From Kaistella gelatinilytica (lineage in GTDB: Bacteria; Bacteroidota; Bacteroidia; Flavobacteriales; Weeksellaceae), in contig NZ_JADPVI010000002.1 in NCBI RefSeq assembly GCF_015679325.1, positions 50,798 to 114,797 on the forward strand: a stretch of DNA of 64,000 nt, read 5' to 3'. Positions 27,640-38,057 of this stretch are shown piece after piece (position 1 is the first letter of the stretch; each line of letters opens with the position of its first letter). Below the pieces are notes generated by a model. The model made no database searches. It saw only the letters and a list, made by a program, of their open reading frames with translations, and was not told the DNA's origin. A program made the position numbers and the translations under genes.

Positions 27640-27665
27640 AACTTGACTTTACTTTTTAAACAAAA

Positions 27666-27696
27666 ATATCCCGACTACAAATCGGGATATTTTATT
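27666..27696. terminator. bidirectional terminator between convergent genes
   Basis: 'atatcccgac tacaa atcgggatat' flanked by A- and T-runs. Confidence 0.6.
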
Positions 27697-27712
27697 TAAT
27701 TTTAAAAATTTT

Positions 27713-28534
27713 TTATTTCTTAATAAATTTGAAAGTTTTTACTTTTCCCTCAGAATTTGCTTTACCGATATACATTCCTGGTTTTAGTTGAGATACATTT
27801 AATTCAACTTTAGAAGATTTAGATTCTTGCGACATTACTTTCTTCCCGGATAGATCGTAAATTTCCAGACCAGAAAGTCCTTTCGAATCAGCGATCGTTA
27901 ATTGGTCGACTACAGGATTAGGATAAAATTTTAAGCTTGAAGTATTTACATTTTCAGTAGCCAGGTCAGTTTCAAAAACCTTCACATTATCTAATGCCAA
28001 ATAAAATTCATCCGGATCAGAAAAAGCCCGGAATGAAATATAATAAATACCGTCAGCTGGAACGGTAAAATTAACAGTCGCCGTTTGATAAGGATAATTA
28101 TTGATCGCCTCATTGATCCACAACTGCGTCGTCTGGCCCGCTACCGATTTTGAAGTTCCAATCTTTACCTCCATCTTTTCTGTAAAAATAGGATTGATCC
28201 CCTGATAATCAAATTTTAAAGTGAGGTTTTTCCCAGCTTTTAAATTGAGACCACGGGAATACAGATAAGTATTTGCCGCAAAAGTATCATTGTATTCATA
28301 GAGCATGTAAAAAGTTCCTTCCGACGGATCTGGCGTTGAAGATGAAGCTTGTGCACGAGTCCAAATATTACCCTGACCTTCGTTGGTAATGATCCATTCA
28401 TCTAGATCTGCAGTTTCAAAACCATAGGAATACGGTAGATTTGCGCTTGAACTTGGACGATTGCTGTGCGTATTCTGAGCAATTAGAAAAGATCCTAAAA
28501 ACAGAGAAAAACAAAAAAGTAGGTTTTTTTTCAT
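27713..28534 (-). CDS. T9SS type A sorting domain (Por C-terminal domain) secreted protein
   Basis: 273 aa with a signal peptide. The C-terminal '...LKFYPNPVVDQLTI...LEIYDLSGKKV...' matches the T9SS CTD. Confidence 0.75.
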   Translation of the reverse strand: MKKNLLFCFSLFLGSFLIAQNTHSNRPSSSANLPYSYGFETADLDEWIITNEGQGNIWTRAQASSSTPDPSEGTFYMLYEYNDTFAANTYLYSRGLNLKAGKNLTLKFDYQGINPIFTEKMEVKIGTSKSVAGQTTQLWINEAINNYPYQTATVNFTVPADGIYYISFRAFSDPDEFYLALDNVKVFETDLATENVNTSSLKFYPNPVVDQLTIADSKGLSGLEIYDLSGKKVMSQESKSSKVELNVSQLKPGMYIGKANSEGKVKTFKFIKK

Positions 28535-28731
28535 AAGAGAAAATTTTGTTATTCATCCAAATATAATGAAACAAATTTGAGCAACCTAAATTAAGGGAAG
28601 TCTTTCCAATCCTAAAAAATTTCTCTTTACAATTTTGATTTGATTTATAACCTGAAAGCTAGCGCCGAAAAAAAAATGACTTTAAAAATTAATCCAACAG
28701 AATTTTGTGTTAATTTTATAAAAAATTACTG

Positions 28732-29427
28732 ATGGATCAACTGCAACATCATCCTCACAAACAAGACTTTCAGGTCGAACGTTTAATATTTTTTTCTGAT
28801 GCAGTTTTTGCGATCGCTATCACGATTTTGGTGATCGATCTAAAAGTTCCGGTCGTTCCGGAAAGTGCTACGGAACAGGATTTCCTAAATGAATTCGCCA
28901 AACAGATTCCGCAAATTATAGGATTTGTATTAAGTTTCTTTATTATTGGAATTTACTGGACCGCGCATCATAACTTGTTTGGTTACGTGATCAATTATAC
29001 CAAAAAACTTCTTTGGATCAATCTGGTTTTCCTTTTCACGATTGTGATTATGCCTTTCACTACGGCAATTTATAGTGAATATTCTGTAACTGAAGGACAT
29101 TTAAAATTAATTTCGCCTTACGCGATCTATGTTTTTAATGTCTGTTTTTCGGGAATTATGAATTTCATTTTATTGACTTACGTCACTAATCCAAAAAATA
29201 AAATTACCGAATTTGTTCCGGAAAATTACGTCAAATATGGGAAAATAAGATCTCTCGTTACGCCTGTCATTTTTCTGATTTCTTTACTCGTCTGTCTTCT
29301 ATCTCCCGGAATTGGCAGAATGATCTTATTTCTAATTCCTTTCGCGATGGCTTATATTGGCAGAAAAATTAGAAAATCAAATTTAATTGCAACAACAATT
29401 TCAACGAAAAAGCAGAAAAAAGAGTGA
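28732..29427 (+). CDS. DUF1211 (TMEM175-like) potassium-channel family membrane protein
   Basis: 231 aa. 'RLIFFSDAVFAIAITILVIDL' is the DUF1211 signature. Confidence 0.75.
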   Translation: MDQLQHHPHKQDFQVERLIFFSDAVFAIAITILVIDLKVPVVPESATEQDFLNEFAKQIPQIIGFVLSFFIIGIYWTAHHNLFGYVINYTKKLLWINLVFLFTIVIMPFTTAIYSEYSVTEGHLKLISPYAIYVFNVCFSGIMNFILLTYVTNPKNKITEFVPENYVKYGKIRSLVTPVIFLISLLVCLLSPGIGRMILFLIPFAMAYIGRKIRKSNLIATTISTKKQKKE

Positions 29428-29446
29428 AAAAATTCACTCTTTTATT

Positions 29447-30271
29447 TTAATCGTTATCTTCTTTGATGCTTAAATCTTTATTCAGATCAGGGTTTAATTT
29501 CAGATATTTTTTTTCTTGATTATTTCTGAATTTAATGTTCAGAACCTCGACTAAAAGACTGAAAGCAAGACAGGAATAAATGATATTTTTACTCACATGC
29601 TGGTGAATTCCTTCAGCAACCAACATGACCCCGATCACAACGAGGAAAGAAAGTGCAAGCATCTGTAAACTCGGATATTTATTAATGATACTGGAAATTG
29701 GTCCTGCAAAAGCCATCATCATTCCAATTGAAATTACTACCGCAATGATCATCAAAACTACATTATCAACCAATCCAATTGCGGTAAGAATTGAATCAAG
29801 GGAGAAAACCATATCAACTAAGATGATCTGGATAATAACCATCGTCATCAAAGACGATCCGGCAGATTTTGGTTTGTGATCTTCATCGTGTGCCTGCATT
29901 TTTCCATGAATTTCGAAGGTACTTTTAAGGATCAAAAATAATCCACCGACAAAAAGGATCAGGTCTTTCCAGCTTAAAGCTAATGGCAGATCACTTCCCG
30001 GTTCATCAATAAATGGCAGCGTTATAACAGGTTCTTTCAAGCCGATGATCCAGCTGATCATTAAGAGTAAAACTATCCGGAAAACCATGGCAAAAGTCAA
30101 TCCCAGATTTCTCGCGAATTTCTGTTTTTCTTTGGGTAATTTATCTGAAATGATGGAAATGAAAATAATATTATCAACCCCCAGAATAATCTCCAGAAAA
30201 GTAAGGGTCAATAAGCTGATCCAAATCTGGGGTTGCGCAAAATCTGGAAATTCGAGAATGGATAAAAGCAT
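29447..30271 (-). CDS. TerC family integral membrane protein
   Basis: 274 aa, polytopic. 'GVDNIIFISI' and 'DSILTAIGL' are TerC motifs. Confidence 0.8.
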   Translation of the reverse strand: MLLSILEFPDFAQPQIWISLLTLTFLEIILGVDNIIFISIISDKLPKEKQKFARNLGLTFAMVFRIVLLLMISWIIGLKEPVITLPFIDEPGSDLPLALSWKDLILFVGGLFLILKSTFEIHGKMQAHDEDHKPKSAGSSLMTMVIIQIILVDMVFSLDSILTAIGLVDNVVLMIIAVVISIGMMMAFAGPISSIINKYPSLQMLALSFLVVIGVMLVAEGIHQHVSKNIIYSCLAFSLLVEVLNIKFRNNQEKKYLKLNPDLNKDLSIKEDND

Positions 30272-30347
30272 TTTAATTTAAATTTTGGCCGATAAAATTA
30301 TCAAAATTTTAGAGGACTTAAATATTAAGTTTTATTAATATTGCGCC

Positions 30348-31196
30348 TTAAAAATGTTCCTTAATAAACCTGATCATCGTAGAAGTTGCTTTCTTCAAAT
30401 CCTCCGGAAGTTGATTTTCTGTCCAGGGTTCTTTTGCCCCGAAAGTATGATTTGCATTTTCAAGAAGAACCAGTTCAGAAGTTTTGCACCATTCATTCAA
30501 GAGAAAAGCTTCCTTGTCTTTAACCGCATCATCATTTGTTCCCTGAATGATCAAGAGCGGTTTTACCAAATGTTGTGCTGCATATTGAATATCAAAACGC
30601 TCTTCGTTCCTTTCAAAATCCTTAAAAAACTGAAAATAATGAGGCATTTCCTGATGTGTTCTTTTGTTTTCTGAATACATAACTCCGGAAGTTTTCCAGT
30701 CTTCAAAACGTTGTTGATTCGGAAAACGGTATTTGAAATTGCTGACTCCCGCTAAAGAAACGATGAGTTTTACGCGCTCGTCTTCAAAACCTTTGATGAC
30801 CGTAATTCCGCCGCCTCGACTGTGACCGATAATGGCGATCTTTTCTTTGTCCACGTGAGGATCTTCCTGAAAATAATTCAAAACCTCATCGTAATCTGAC
30901 ATTTCTTTGGAGAAATTATTATTTCCAAAAGCTTCTAAATCGGCGAAATTATTTGGTTGTTCTATGGTTGTTCCATTGTGGGAAAAATTAAATTTCACAA
31001 AAAAGAAACCTGCTTTTGCAAATTCTTCGGCCATCAAATTCCAGGCGCCCCAATCTTTGTAACCTTTGTAACCATGGGCAAAAATTACGAGCGGTAAATT
31101 TGTTTCGTTTTCAGGATAAAATGCATCCGCCAAAAAATCCCGGGTTTCGGGATTTTTGATGATGATATTTTTCTGCGAAGTAATTGGATTACTCAT
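30348..31196 (-). CDS. alpha/beta hydrolase (dienelactone hydrolase / esterase-like)
   Basis: 282 aa. Nucleophile elbow 'GHSRGG', with catalytic D/H downstream. Confidence 0.7.
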   Translation of the reverse strand: MSNPITSQKNIIIKNPETRDFLADAFYPENETNLPLVIFAHGYKGYKDWGAWNLMAEEFAKAGFFFVKFNFSHNGTTIEQPNNFADLEAFGNNNFSKEMSDYDEVLNYFQEDPHVDKEKIAIIGHSRGGGITVIKGFEDERVKLIVSLAGVSNFKYRFPNQQRFEDWKTSGVMYSENKRTHQEMPHYFQFFKDFERNEERFDIQYAAQHLVKPLLIIQGTNDDAVKDKEAFLLNEWCKTSELVLLENANHTFGAKEPWTENQLPEDLKKATSTMIRFIKEHF

Positions 31197-31207
31197 GATG
31201 TTTTAAT

Positions 31208-32794
31208 TTAAGTCGGATTCGTATCGTTTTCCGGCAAATCAGGTTTGATTTCCGGTTTGATTTCCGGTTTGATCTCTTTCTTCACCTTTTCAACAGTTTT
31301 TGCAATATCGTGTTTCGTTTCTGCTTCAGATTTTCCTTTCAAATAATCAGGAAGATTTAATCCTGCCATATTGAAAAGATCGTTTAAAGGCGGCACCGTT
31401 TTCATCATTCCCGACACAAAATTAGCGGTAGAACCGTTTCCGTCGGCATTATTTCCACTGTCCCAAACGGTGATCTTATCAATTTTAATATTTTTCACGG
31501 CTTCAACCTGAGTTCTCACCAATTCCGGAAGTTTCTCGATTAATAGTAATTGGAAGGCATTTTTAGCATCACCACCAGCAGCTTTTACAACTCGATCGTA
31601 ACCTTCTGCCTGCTTCGTCAAAATTTCATAAAGACCTTTTGCTTCAGCTTCCATTTTTAAGAAAATAGCATCTGCTTCTCCTTTTGCATTCAAACGAATT
31701 CTTTCTGCATCAGCTTCTGCGTCGATAATTATTTTCTGTTTTGAAATTTGAGCGGGAACTACGACGTTTGCCAGTTGGGTGGATCGTTCTCTTTCAGCTC
31801 TTGCTGTTTCTGCTTTTTGTTCTGCTAAATAAGATTCTTCCAACGCTTCGGCAGCCTGAACTTTTTCAGCAGTCATCGCAAGTTTCAAAGCTTCTGCTTC
31901 TTTTTCTCTTCTTTGTGCATCAGAATTTGCAATGGTGATTTTTGCATGATTTTCTCCTTCGACTGCAATTGAATTCGCAAGAGAAGTTGCAATTCTGGAT
32001 TCCCGCATCGCTTCTGCTTTTCCGATGGACTCATCTTTTTCAGCAGCAGCAATACTCACTTCTCTGTCTTTTTGAGTTACCGCAATTCGAACATCACGGT
32101 CTCGATTTGTTTCAGCGATCTCAATATCTTTTGAACGGTCAGCAGAAGCTTTTCCCGTTTCCCCGATCTTTTCCTGTTCTGCAACAGAAATTTTCGCTTC
32201 GTTGATCGCTTTAGCTGCAGCTTCTTTTCCTAAAGCCTCGATATAACCTGATTCATCTCTAATATCGGTAACGTTTACGTTGATCAGTTTCAGACCGATT
32301 TTCTTCAATTCGGTATCGACGTTTTTAGAAATGTTATCTAAAAATTTATCACGATCGGTATTAATTTCTTCAATGGTCATGGTCGCAATTACCAAACGCA
32401 ATTGTCCGAATAAAATATCTTTCGACAATTCCTGAATCTGTTCCGGCGCTAAACCCAACAATCTTTCTGCTGCATTTCCCATGGTATCAGGTTCTGTGGA
32501 AATGGCAATTGTAAAACGACACGGAACATCAATTCTAATGTTTTGTTTTGAAAGGGCATTCGTTAAATTGGTGTCGATGGAAATCGGTTTTAAATCCAGA
32601 TAAGCGTAATCCTGAATTACCGGCCAAACAAAAGCTCCACCACCGTGAATACATTTTGCAGATGTTCCTCCTGTTCTACCATAAATTACCAAGATCTTGT
32701 CGGATGGACATCTTTTGTAACGCGAAATAAGGGCTAAAAAAGTAACGAAGAATACGAATACCGCTACTAAAATAAGAATAATTGTTCCGGACAT
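31208..32794 (-). CDS. flotillin (SPFH/band-7) family protein
   Basis: 528 aa. An N-terminal TM, an SPFH domain and a long Ala/Glu-rich coiled coil. The C-terminus has a (KPEI)x3 repeat. Confidence 0.8.
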   Translation of the reverse strand: MSGTIILILVAVFVFFVTFLALISRYKRCPSDKILVIYGRTGGTSAKCIHGGGAFVWPVIQDYAYLDLKPISIDTNLTNALSKQNIRIDVPCRFTIAISTEPDTMGNAAERLLGLAPEQIQELSKDILFGQLRLVIATMTIEEINTDRDKFLDNISKNVDTELKKIGLKLINVNVTDIRDESGYIEALGKEAAAKAINEAKISVAEQEKIGETGKASADRSKDIEIAETNRDRDVRIAVTQKDREVSIAAAEKDESIGKAEAMRESRIATSLANSIAVEGENHAKITIANSDAQRREKEAEALKLAMTAEKVQAAEALEESYLAEQKAETARAERERSTQLANVVVPAQISKQKIIIDAEADAERIRLNAKGEADAIFLKMEAEAKGLYEILTKQAEGYDRVVKAAGGDAKNAFQLLLIEKLPELVRTQVEAVKNIKIDKITVWDSGNNADGNGSTANFVSGMMKTVPPLNDLFNMAGLNLPDYLKGKSEAETKHDIAKTVEKVKKEIKPEIKPEIKPDLPENDTNPT

Positions 32795-32816
32795 ATAAAT
32801 AGTTTATTGATTTGAA

Positions 32817-33386
32817 TTATATTGGAGTGACGATTAGAACACCGTCTAAAATTTCTACGACTTTCACTAATCGGCTCGAGAGTAAAGGCATTTCTGAACG
32901 CGTCATGGCTTGAAGTTCATGGTTTGCACCATTTACAGAAATTAATATTTTACCTCTTCCCGACATTTCTGCGGGAATATTCAGATAGACTTCACCACTT
33001 TTTCCTGTCAAATTGTGGATGTTGAATGTATTATCTTCAGTGAGTTTCATGATCTGCACGATGAGAATAAAAAAGATAAAAACGAAAGCAACTCCGACCG
33101 CAAAAGCGAGCGCGACCAAAATCATTTTGTTCGTTATCGTTTCGAAGAAGGCAACTCCTGTCCAACCAAAGCCGAGTAGAAAGTTGATCAGGTTTCTTAA
33201 TGAAAATAATTGAAATGGCGCATCTGCATGATTTAAATCTCCATCAAAATCGGTGTTTGCTACATCTGCGGAATGACTGCCGGTAAAAGTGAGAACAGTT
33301 TGAACCAAAAAAATAAGACTTGTAATCAATGCGATATACCAAAATATTTTTTGGAGTTGATCCATTCCCTCAAGAAAATCTAACAT
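32817..33386 (-). CDS. NfeD/YqiJ-like membrane protein (flotillin partner)
   Basis: 189 aa. TM helices followed by a C-terminal OB-like beta domain, directly upstream of flotillin in the same operon. Confidence 0.6.
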   Translation of the reverse strand: MLDFLEGMDQLQKIFWYIALITSLIFLVQTVLTFTGSHSADVANTDFDGDLNHADAPFQLFSLRNLINFLLGFGWTGVAFFETITNKMILVALAFAVGVAFVFIFFILIVQIMKLTEDNTFNIHNLTGKSGEVYLNIPAEMSGRGKILISVNGANHELQAMTRSEMPLLSSRLVKVVEILDGVLIVTPI

Positions 33387-33471
33387 GGTGGTTTTTTACA
33401 AATATAGGATTTTGTGCTTGATTTTAAGATTAATTATGCGCTACTTTCCCGAAAATATTGATCATTTTGAA

Positions 33472-33509
33472 AATAAAAAACCCTTTCAGCCTTTGAAAGG
33501 CTGAAAGGG
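33472..33509 (-). terminator. rho-independent terminator for M13 peptidase gene 33535..35613
   Basis: 'ccctttcagcc tttgaa aggctgaaaggg', with a T-run following on the minus strand. Confidence 0.65.
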
Positions 33510-33534
33510 TTGTGATTAATAAAAACTTATCTTT

Positions 33535-35613
33535 TTACCAGATTTTTATTCTTTCTGCTGGTGCTTTGTATAATTTATCACCTGGTTTTACATCGAATGC
33601 TTGATAGAATGAATCCTGATTCACCAATGGTCCAAATGCCCGGAAATATCCTGGAGAATGTGGATCTGTTTTCACCTGATTTACCATAAACTCCTCTTTA
33701 GATTTGGTTCTCCAAACGGTTGCCCAACTCATGAAGAATCTTTGATCTTGCGTCATATTACTTATTAATCCTGGATTTCCGTGATCTTTCAAATACATTT
33801 GAAGCGCGGTGTACGCAACTGCTACTCCACCTAAATCACCAATATTTTCTCCGCTTGTGAATTTTCCGTTGACAAAACTTCCTTTCACTGGTTCGTAGGC
33901 ATTATATTGAGTAGCTAATTGGCCAACTTTCGCATCGAAATTTTTTCGGTCTGCATCAGTCCACCAATTATTAAGGTTTCCGTCGCCATCGAATCTGGAA
34001 CCTGAATCATCGAAACCGTGCGAGATCTCGTGACCGATCACTGCACCAATTCCACCAAAATTCACGGCAGGATCTGCTTTGAAATTAAAGAACGGGGGTT
34101 GAAGAATTGCAGCCGGGAAAACGATTTCGTTGTTAGAGCCGCTGTAGTAAGCGTTTACAGTTTGTGGCGCCATTCCCCATTCGGTTTTATCAACCGGTTG
34201 TCCAACTTTCGCTAAATTCTTCGCATATTGCCAAGCGGTGATATTTTGAAGATTTTTGTAATAAGTTCCGCCATCTTGTGGTCCTTCCAACTGTAATCTT
34301 GAATAATCTTTCCAGGTATCTGGATATGCAATTTTCACAGCAAATTTTGCTAATTTTTCCTGCGCTTTCACTTTGGTTTCCGGAGACATCCAGTCGTTGT
34401 CTGCGATGTGCTGCTGGAAAGATTTTTTGATGTAGCCAATATAAGTTTCCATTTGTTCTTTTGCACCTGCAGGAAAATATTTTTCTACATACAATTTACC
34501 AAATGCTTCTCCTAAAACACCATTAATAACGCCCAAACCTCTTTTGTTCATGGCTCGCTGTTCCTGTTGTCCCTGCAAAAATTTAGAATAAAAATTGAAA
34601 TTGATATCATCTAACTGCTTGTCTAAATTTCCAGCGTTGGATGAAACCAATCTTGCTTTCATGTAATCTTTGATCAACGGAAGCGTTCTTTCGTTAATCC
34701 ACGAATCCATATTCTGGTAATATTTCAATTCGCTTACGATTACTTTATCGGTTTTTACGCCGGCATCGCTCAAATATTTGGGTAAATCGATATGCGTTAC
34801 CAATTTAGAAAGTTCAAGTAATGTTTTTGGATTGTAACGAAGATTAGCGTCGCGATTTTGTTCATTAGTCAATAAATCTCCTGCCAGTTGTTTTTCGAAA
34901 GCGACAACTCGTTGCGCAGTTTGATCTGCATTTTTATTGCCTAGAACGCCGAAAAGTTGCGCCAGATAATTTTTATATTCTGCTAAAGTTTTGGTATTCG
35001 CTTCGTTGTCTTTTTGATAATAATCACGGCCTAAACCAAGTGAAGCACCGCCAAAATAGACGGCATTCATTACAGAATTTTTCATGTCTGCACTCACTCT
35101 CCAAGCGTAAAAAGGATTGTCACCTGTTTTGGTTGCTTCGGTTAGATATTTTTGCAGATCTGCAACAGATTTGATCGCATCGATTTTATTCAGGTCATTC
35201 TTGATGGGATTGATGCCGTCGGCATTTCTTTTATTCCAATCCATATAAGTTCCGTACAGATTCTGGATTTTCTCACCTTCGGAATTGGCAGAGAATTTAT
35301 CGGTAAGGATTTTATTAAGGATCTCTAAAGAGGAATTATCGACATCTTCTCTCAAAGCGTTGAAACTTCCCCAACTTGTTTTGTCGGCAGGAATCTCGGC
35401 AGTTTTCATCCAGTTTCCGTTGACATAATTAAAGAAGTCATCTTGTGGACGAACAGAAGTGTCCATATAAGAAAGGTTGAGACCTTCTTCAGGAATTACT
35501 TTTGTTTCTACCGGCATTTGTTGAGTTTCAGTTTTTGCGGTCTTTGTGGTTGAACACGAATTCAGGGCTATAATACCTGAAAAAGCAAGTACAGTAATGG
35601 TGATTTTTTTCAT
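33535..35613 (-). CDS. M13 family zinc metallopeptidase (neprilysin/PepO-like) lipoprotein
   Basis: 692 aa. 'ALNSC' lipobox, HExxH 'VIGHEISHGFDD', and 'NAYY' / 'ENIGDLGG' motifs. Confidence 0.85.
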   Translation of the reverse strand: MKKITITVLAFSGIIALNSCSTTKTAKTETQQMPVETKVIPEEGLNLSYMDTSVRPQDDFFNYVNGNWMKTAEIPADKTSWGSFNALREDVDNSSLEILNKILTDKFSANSEGEKIQNLYGTYMDWNKRNADGINPIKNDLNKIDAIKSVADLQKYLTEATKTGDNPFYAWRVSADMKNSVMNAVYFGGASLGLGRDYYQKDNEANTKTLAEYKNYLAQLFGVLGNKNADQTAQRVVAFEKQLAGDLLTNEQNRDANLRYNPKTLLELSKLVTHIDLPKYLSDAGVKTDKVIVSELKYYQNMDSWINERTLPLIKDYMKARLVSSNAGNLDKQLDDINFNFYSKFLQGQQEQRAMNKRGLGVINGVLGEAFGKLYVEKYFPAGAKEQMETYIGYIKKSFQQHIADNDWMSPETKVKAQEKLAKFAVKIAYPDTWKDYSRLQLEGPQDGGTYYKNLQNITAWQYAKNLAKVGQPVDKTEWGMAPQTVNAYYSGSNNEIVFPAAILQPPFFNFKADPAVNFGGIGAVIGHEISHGFDDSGSRFDGDGNLNNWWTDADRKNFDAKVGQLATQYNAYEPVKGSFVNGKFTSGENIGDLGGVAVAYTALQMYLKDHGNPGLISNMTQDQRFFMSWATVWRTKSKEEFMVNQVKTDPHSPGYFRAFGPLVNQDSFYQAFDVKPGDKLYKAPAERIKIW

Positions 35614-35714
35614 AAGATCGTAAATGATTTTTTGATATATTTCAAAGATAGTAATTATTTTATCGTTTTAAAATAGCTTTTATTAATGTCTCTTTTCTTG
35701 CGTAAGCGATTGCA

Positions 35715-35815
35715 GCGGTATCCTTTTTTGTGCCGTTCAACAAACGGTATAAAAAAGATATAGCGGAAAGCGCGACCCGAGTGATGGGAAAGCTTTGGCG
35801 AGGGTTACGCTCTAA
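35715..35815. repeat. mosaic intergenic repeat ('gcagcggtatccttttttg ... aaaaagatatagcggaaagcgcgacc')
   Basis: Related to 7033..7105. It contains the hairpin 'ccgttcaacaaacgg'. Confidence 0.5.
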
Positions 35816-35868
35816 AAAAGTCACTCCAAATTAATGAAGTGACTTTCTAATTATTTAATCTTAAATGA

Positions 35869-37962
35869 TTACCAGATTTTAATTCTTTCCTCTGGTTTTT
35901 TATAAAGTTTGTCACCATCTTTTACATCGAACGCTTTGTAGAAAGCATCGGTGTTAACCAAGGGACCAAATGCTCTGTATAATCCCGGTGAATGCTCATC
36001 GGTTTTCACCTGGTTTAATACGGCAGCTTCTTTTTGAAGGGTTCTCCAAACGGTTGCCCAACTCATAAAGAATCTTTGATCCTGCGTATAACCACTGATC
36101 ATTCCTGGGTTTCCGTGGTCTTTTAAATACATTTGAAGGGCGTCGTAAGAAATATTTACGCCACCTAGATCTGCAATATTTTCACCGTTGGTAAAAGTAC
36201 CATTGACGAAGGTTCCTTTCACAGGTTCATAAGTGCTGTACTGCGCTGCGAGAGCTTTTGTAGCTTTCTCGAAGTTGGCTTTATCTTCTGCAGTCCACCA
36301 ATCCACTAAATTTCCATCTGCATCAAACTGCGCTCCTGCATCATCGAAACCATGTGTCATTTCGTGACCAATTACGGCACCAATTCCACCAAAATTAATG
36401 GCTGCATCTGCATCTGGATTAAAGAAAGGCGGCTGTAAAATCGCAGCCGGGAAAACGATCTCATTGTTCAAAGGATTGTAATACGCATTCACGGTTTGTG
36501 GCGACATTCCCCATTCTGTACGGTCAACCGGTTTACCGATCTTGTCTAAATCTTTTTGGTATTGCCAAGCGGTCACATTTTGAAGATTGTTGTATAAAGT
36601 TCCGCCATTTTTTTCGGAATTAATGGTGAGTTTCGAATAATCTTTCCATTTGTCCGGATATGCTACTTTTACGGTAAACTTGTTCAGTTTTTTTAAAGCT
36701 TTTTCTTTCGTTGTAGGCGACATCCAGGCTAAATTGGTAATATGGGAAGCGAAACTTTTTTTCAGATAATCGATCAATTCGATCATTTGAGTTTTTGCAG
36801 CAGCAGGGAAATATTTTTCTACATACAATTTCCCGAAAGCTTCACCCAAAACGCCGTTGATCATTTCGAAACCACGTTTGTTCTGCGCTCTTTGCTCCTG
36901 TTGTCCTCTCAAATATTTACCATAAAACTCAAATTTCTTCTGATCAAGATCCGCAGAAAGATGACTTGCATTCCCGGAGATCATATGAAATTTCATGTAA
37001 TCTTTGATCAAAGGAATGTTTTTGGCATTGATGAATTTATCTAAATTCTTGTAATATTTTAATTCACCAACAATTACTTTATCGGTGTTTACGCCAACAG
37101 CAGCCAAATATTTTGGCAGATTTACATTTTTAACCATTGTCGAAAGCTGCGCCATCGTTTCTGGATTGTACTGTAAAGTTGCATCTCGAATTTGCTCATT
37201 GGTTAAATAAGATTGCGCGATACTTTTCTCAAAAGCAACGATATTATTTGCAGCAACTGAAGAATTTTTATAACCTAAAACATCGAGCATTGAAGCGATA
37301 TATTTCGCGTATTCTGCTAAAGCTTCCGTATTTTTTGCATTTACTTTCTGGTAATAATCACGCCCCATTCCGAGCGAAGCATCGCTTAAATAAACCGCGT
37401 TCATTTGAGAGTTTTTCATGTCAGCATCAACATTCCAACCGTAGAAAGGGTTTTCGCCATTTCTGGTCGCTTCGATGAGATATTTTTGCAGATCAGAAAC
37501 ATTTTTTATAGCGTCAATTTTTGCTAAATCACCTTTGATCGGAGCGATGCCATCAGCATTTCTTTTCTCCATATTCATATACGTTCCGTACAAATCCTGA
37601 ATTTTTTTGCCTTCACTTCCGTCTGTAAACTTATCGTTCAAGAGCGTGTTCAGGATTTTCATTGAATTGTTGTCGGTATCTTCTGCCAGTTTATTAAAAC
37701 TTCCCCAAGATGATTTATCTGAAGGGATTTTTGCCGTTTTCATCCAGCTACCGTTCACAAAATCGTAGAAATCATCTTGCGGACGAACCGATTTATCAAA
37801 CGTTGTGAAATCTAAACCTTTTTCCGGCATTTCTTTTACCACTTCTTTTGGTGTTTCCATTGGTGTAGCAGGCGTTTCTGGTGTTGCTACCGCTTTTGTA
37901 GCACAAGAGTTAAGGGCGATTATTCCGGCGAAAGCCAAAATACCTATGTTTATATTTTTCAT
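35869..37962 (-). CDS. M13 family zinc metallopeptidase paralogue (lipoprotein)
   Basis: 697 aa and collinear with the previous peptidase. 'VIGHEMTHGFDD'. Confidence 0.85.
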   Translation of the reverse strand: MKNINIGILAFAGIIALNSCATKAVATPETPATPMETPKEVVKEMPEKGLDFTTFDKSVRPQDDFYDFVNGSWMKTAKIPSDKSSWGSFNKLAEDTDNNSMKILNTLLNDKFTDGSEGKKIQDLYGTYMNMEKRNADGIAPIKGDLAKIDAIKNVSDLQKYLIEATRNGENPFYGWNVDADMKNSQMNAVYLSDASLGMGRDYYQKVNAKNTEALAEYAKYIASMLDVLGYKNSSVAANNIVAFEKSIAQSYLTNEQIRDATLQYNPETMAQLSTMVKNVNLPKYLAAVGVNTDKVIVGELKYYKNLDKFINAKNIPLIKDYMKFHMISGNASHLSADLDQKKFEFYGKYLRGQQEQRAQNKRGFEMINGVLGEAFGKLYVEKYFPAAAKTQMIELIDYLKKSFASHITNLAWMSPTTKEKALKKLNKFTVKVAYPDKWKDYSKLTINSEKNGGTLYNNLQNVTAWQYQKDLDKIGKPVDRTEWGMSPQTVNAYYNPLNNEIVFPAAILQPPFFNPDADAAINFGGIGAVIGHEMTHGFDDAGAQFDADGNLVDWWTAEDKANFEKATKALAAQYSTYEPVKGTFVNGTFTNGENIADLGGVNISYDALQMYLKDHGNPGMISGYTQDQRFFMSWATVWRTLQKEAAVLNQVKTDEHSPGLYRAFGPLVNTDAFYKAFDVKDGDKLYKKPEERIKIW

Positions 37963-38057
37963 TGAAAAAGCTATTTATAGTTTAGTCTCTATTATTTTTT
38001 ATTTGTTACAGCATACCAACTAAAAAAGTCATTCTTTTCGAATGACTTTGTTGTAAT

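Noticed and set aside
30272-30347. Possible yybP-ykoY Mn2+ riboswitch upstream of the TerC gene.
   Set aside because: Only 76 bp of AT-rich, unstructured sequence separates terC from the upstream gene. This is too short and it lacks the conserved GC-rich helices of RF00080.
31241-31280. Tandem 12-nt repeat 'tttccggtttga' x3 at the 3' end of the flotillin gene, considered as a phase-variation site.
   Set aside because: The unit length is a multiple of three, encoding (KPEI)x3. Slippage would change the repeat number without shifting the frame, so it is a low-complexity C-terminal tail rather than an on/off switch.
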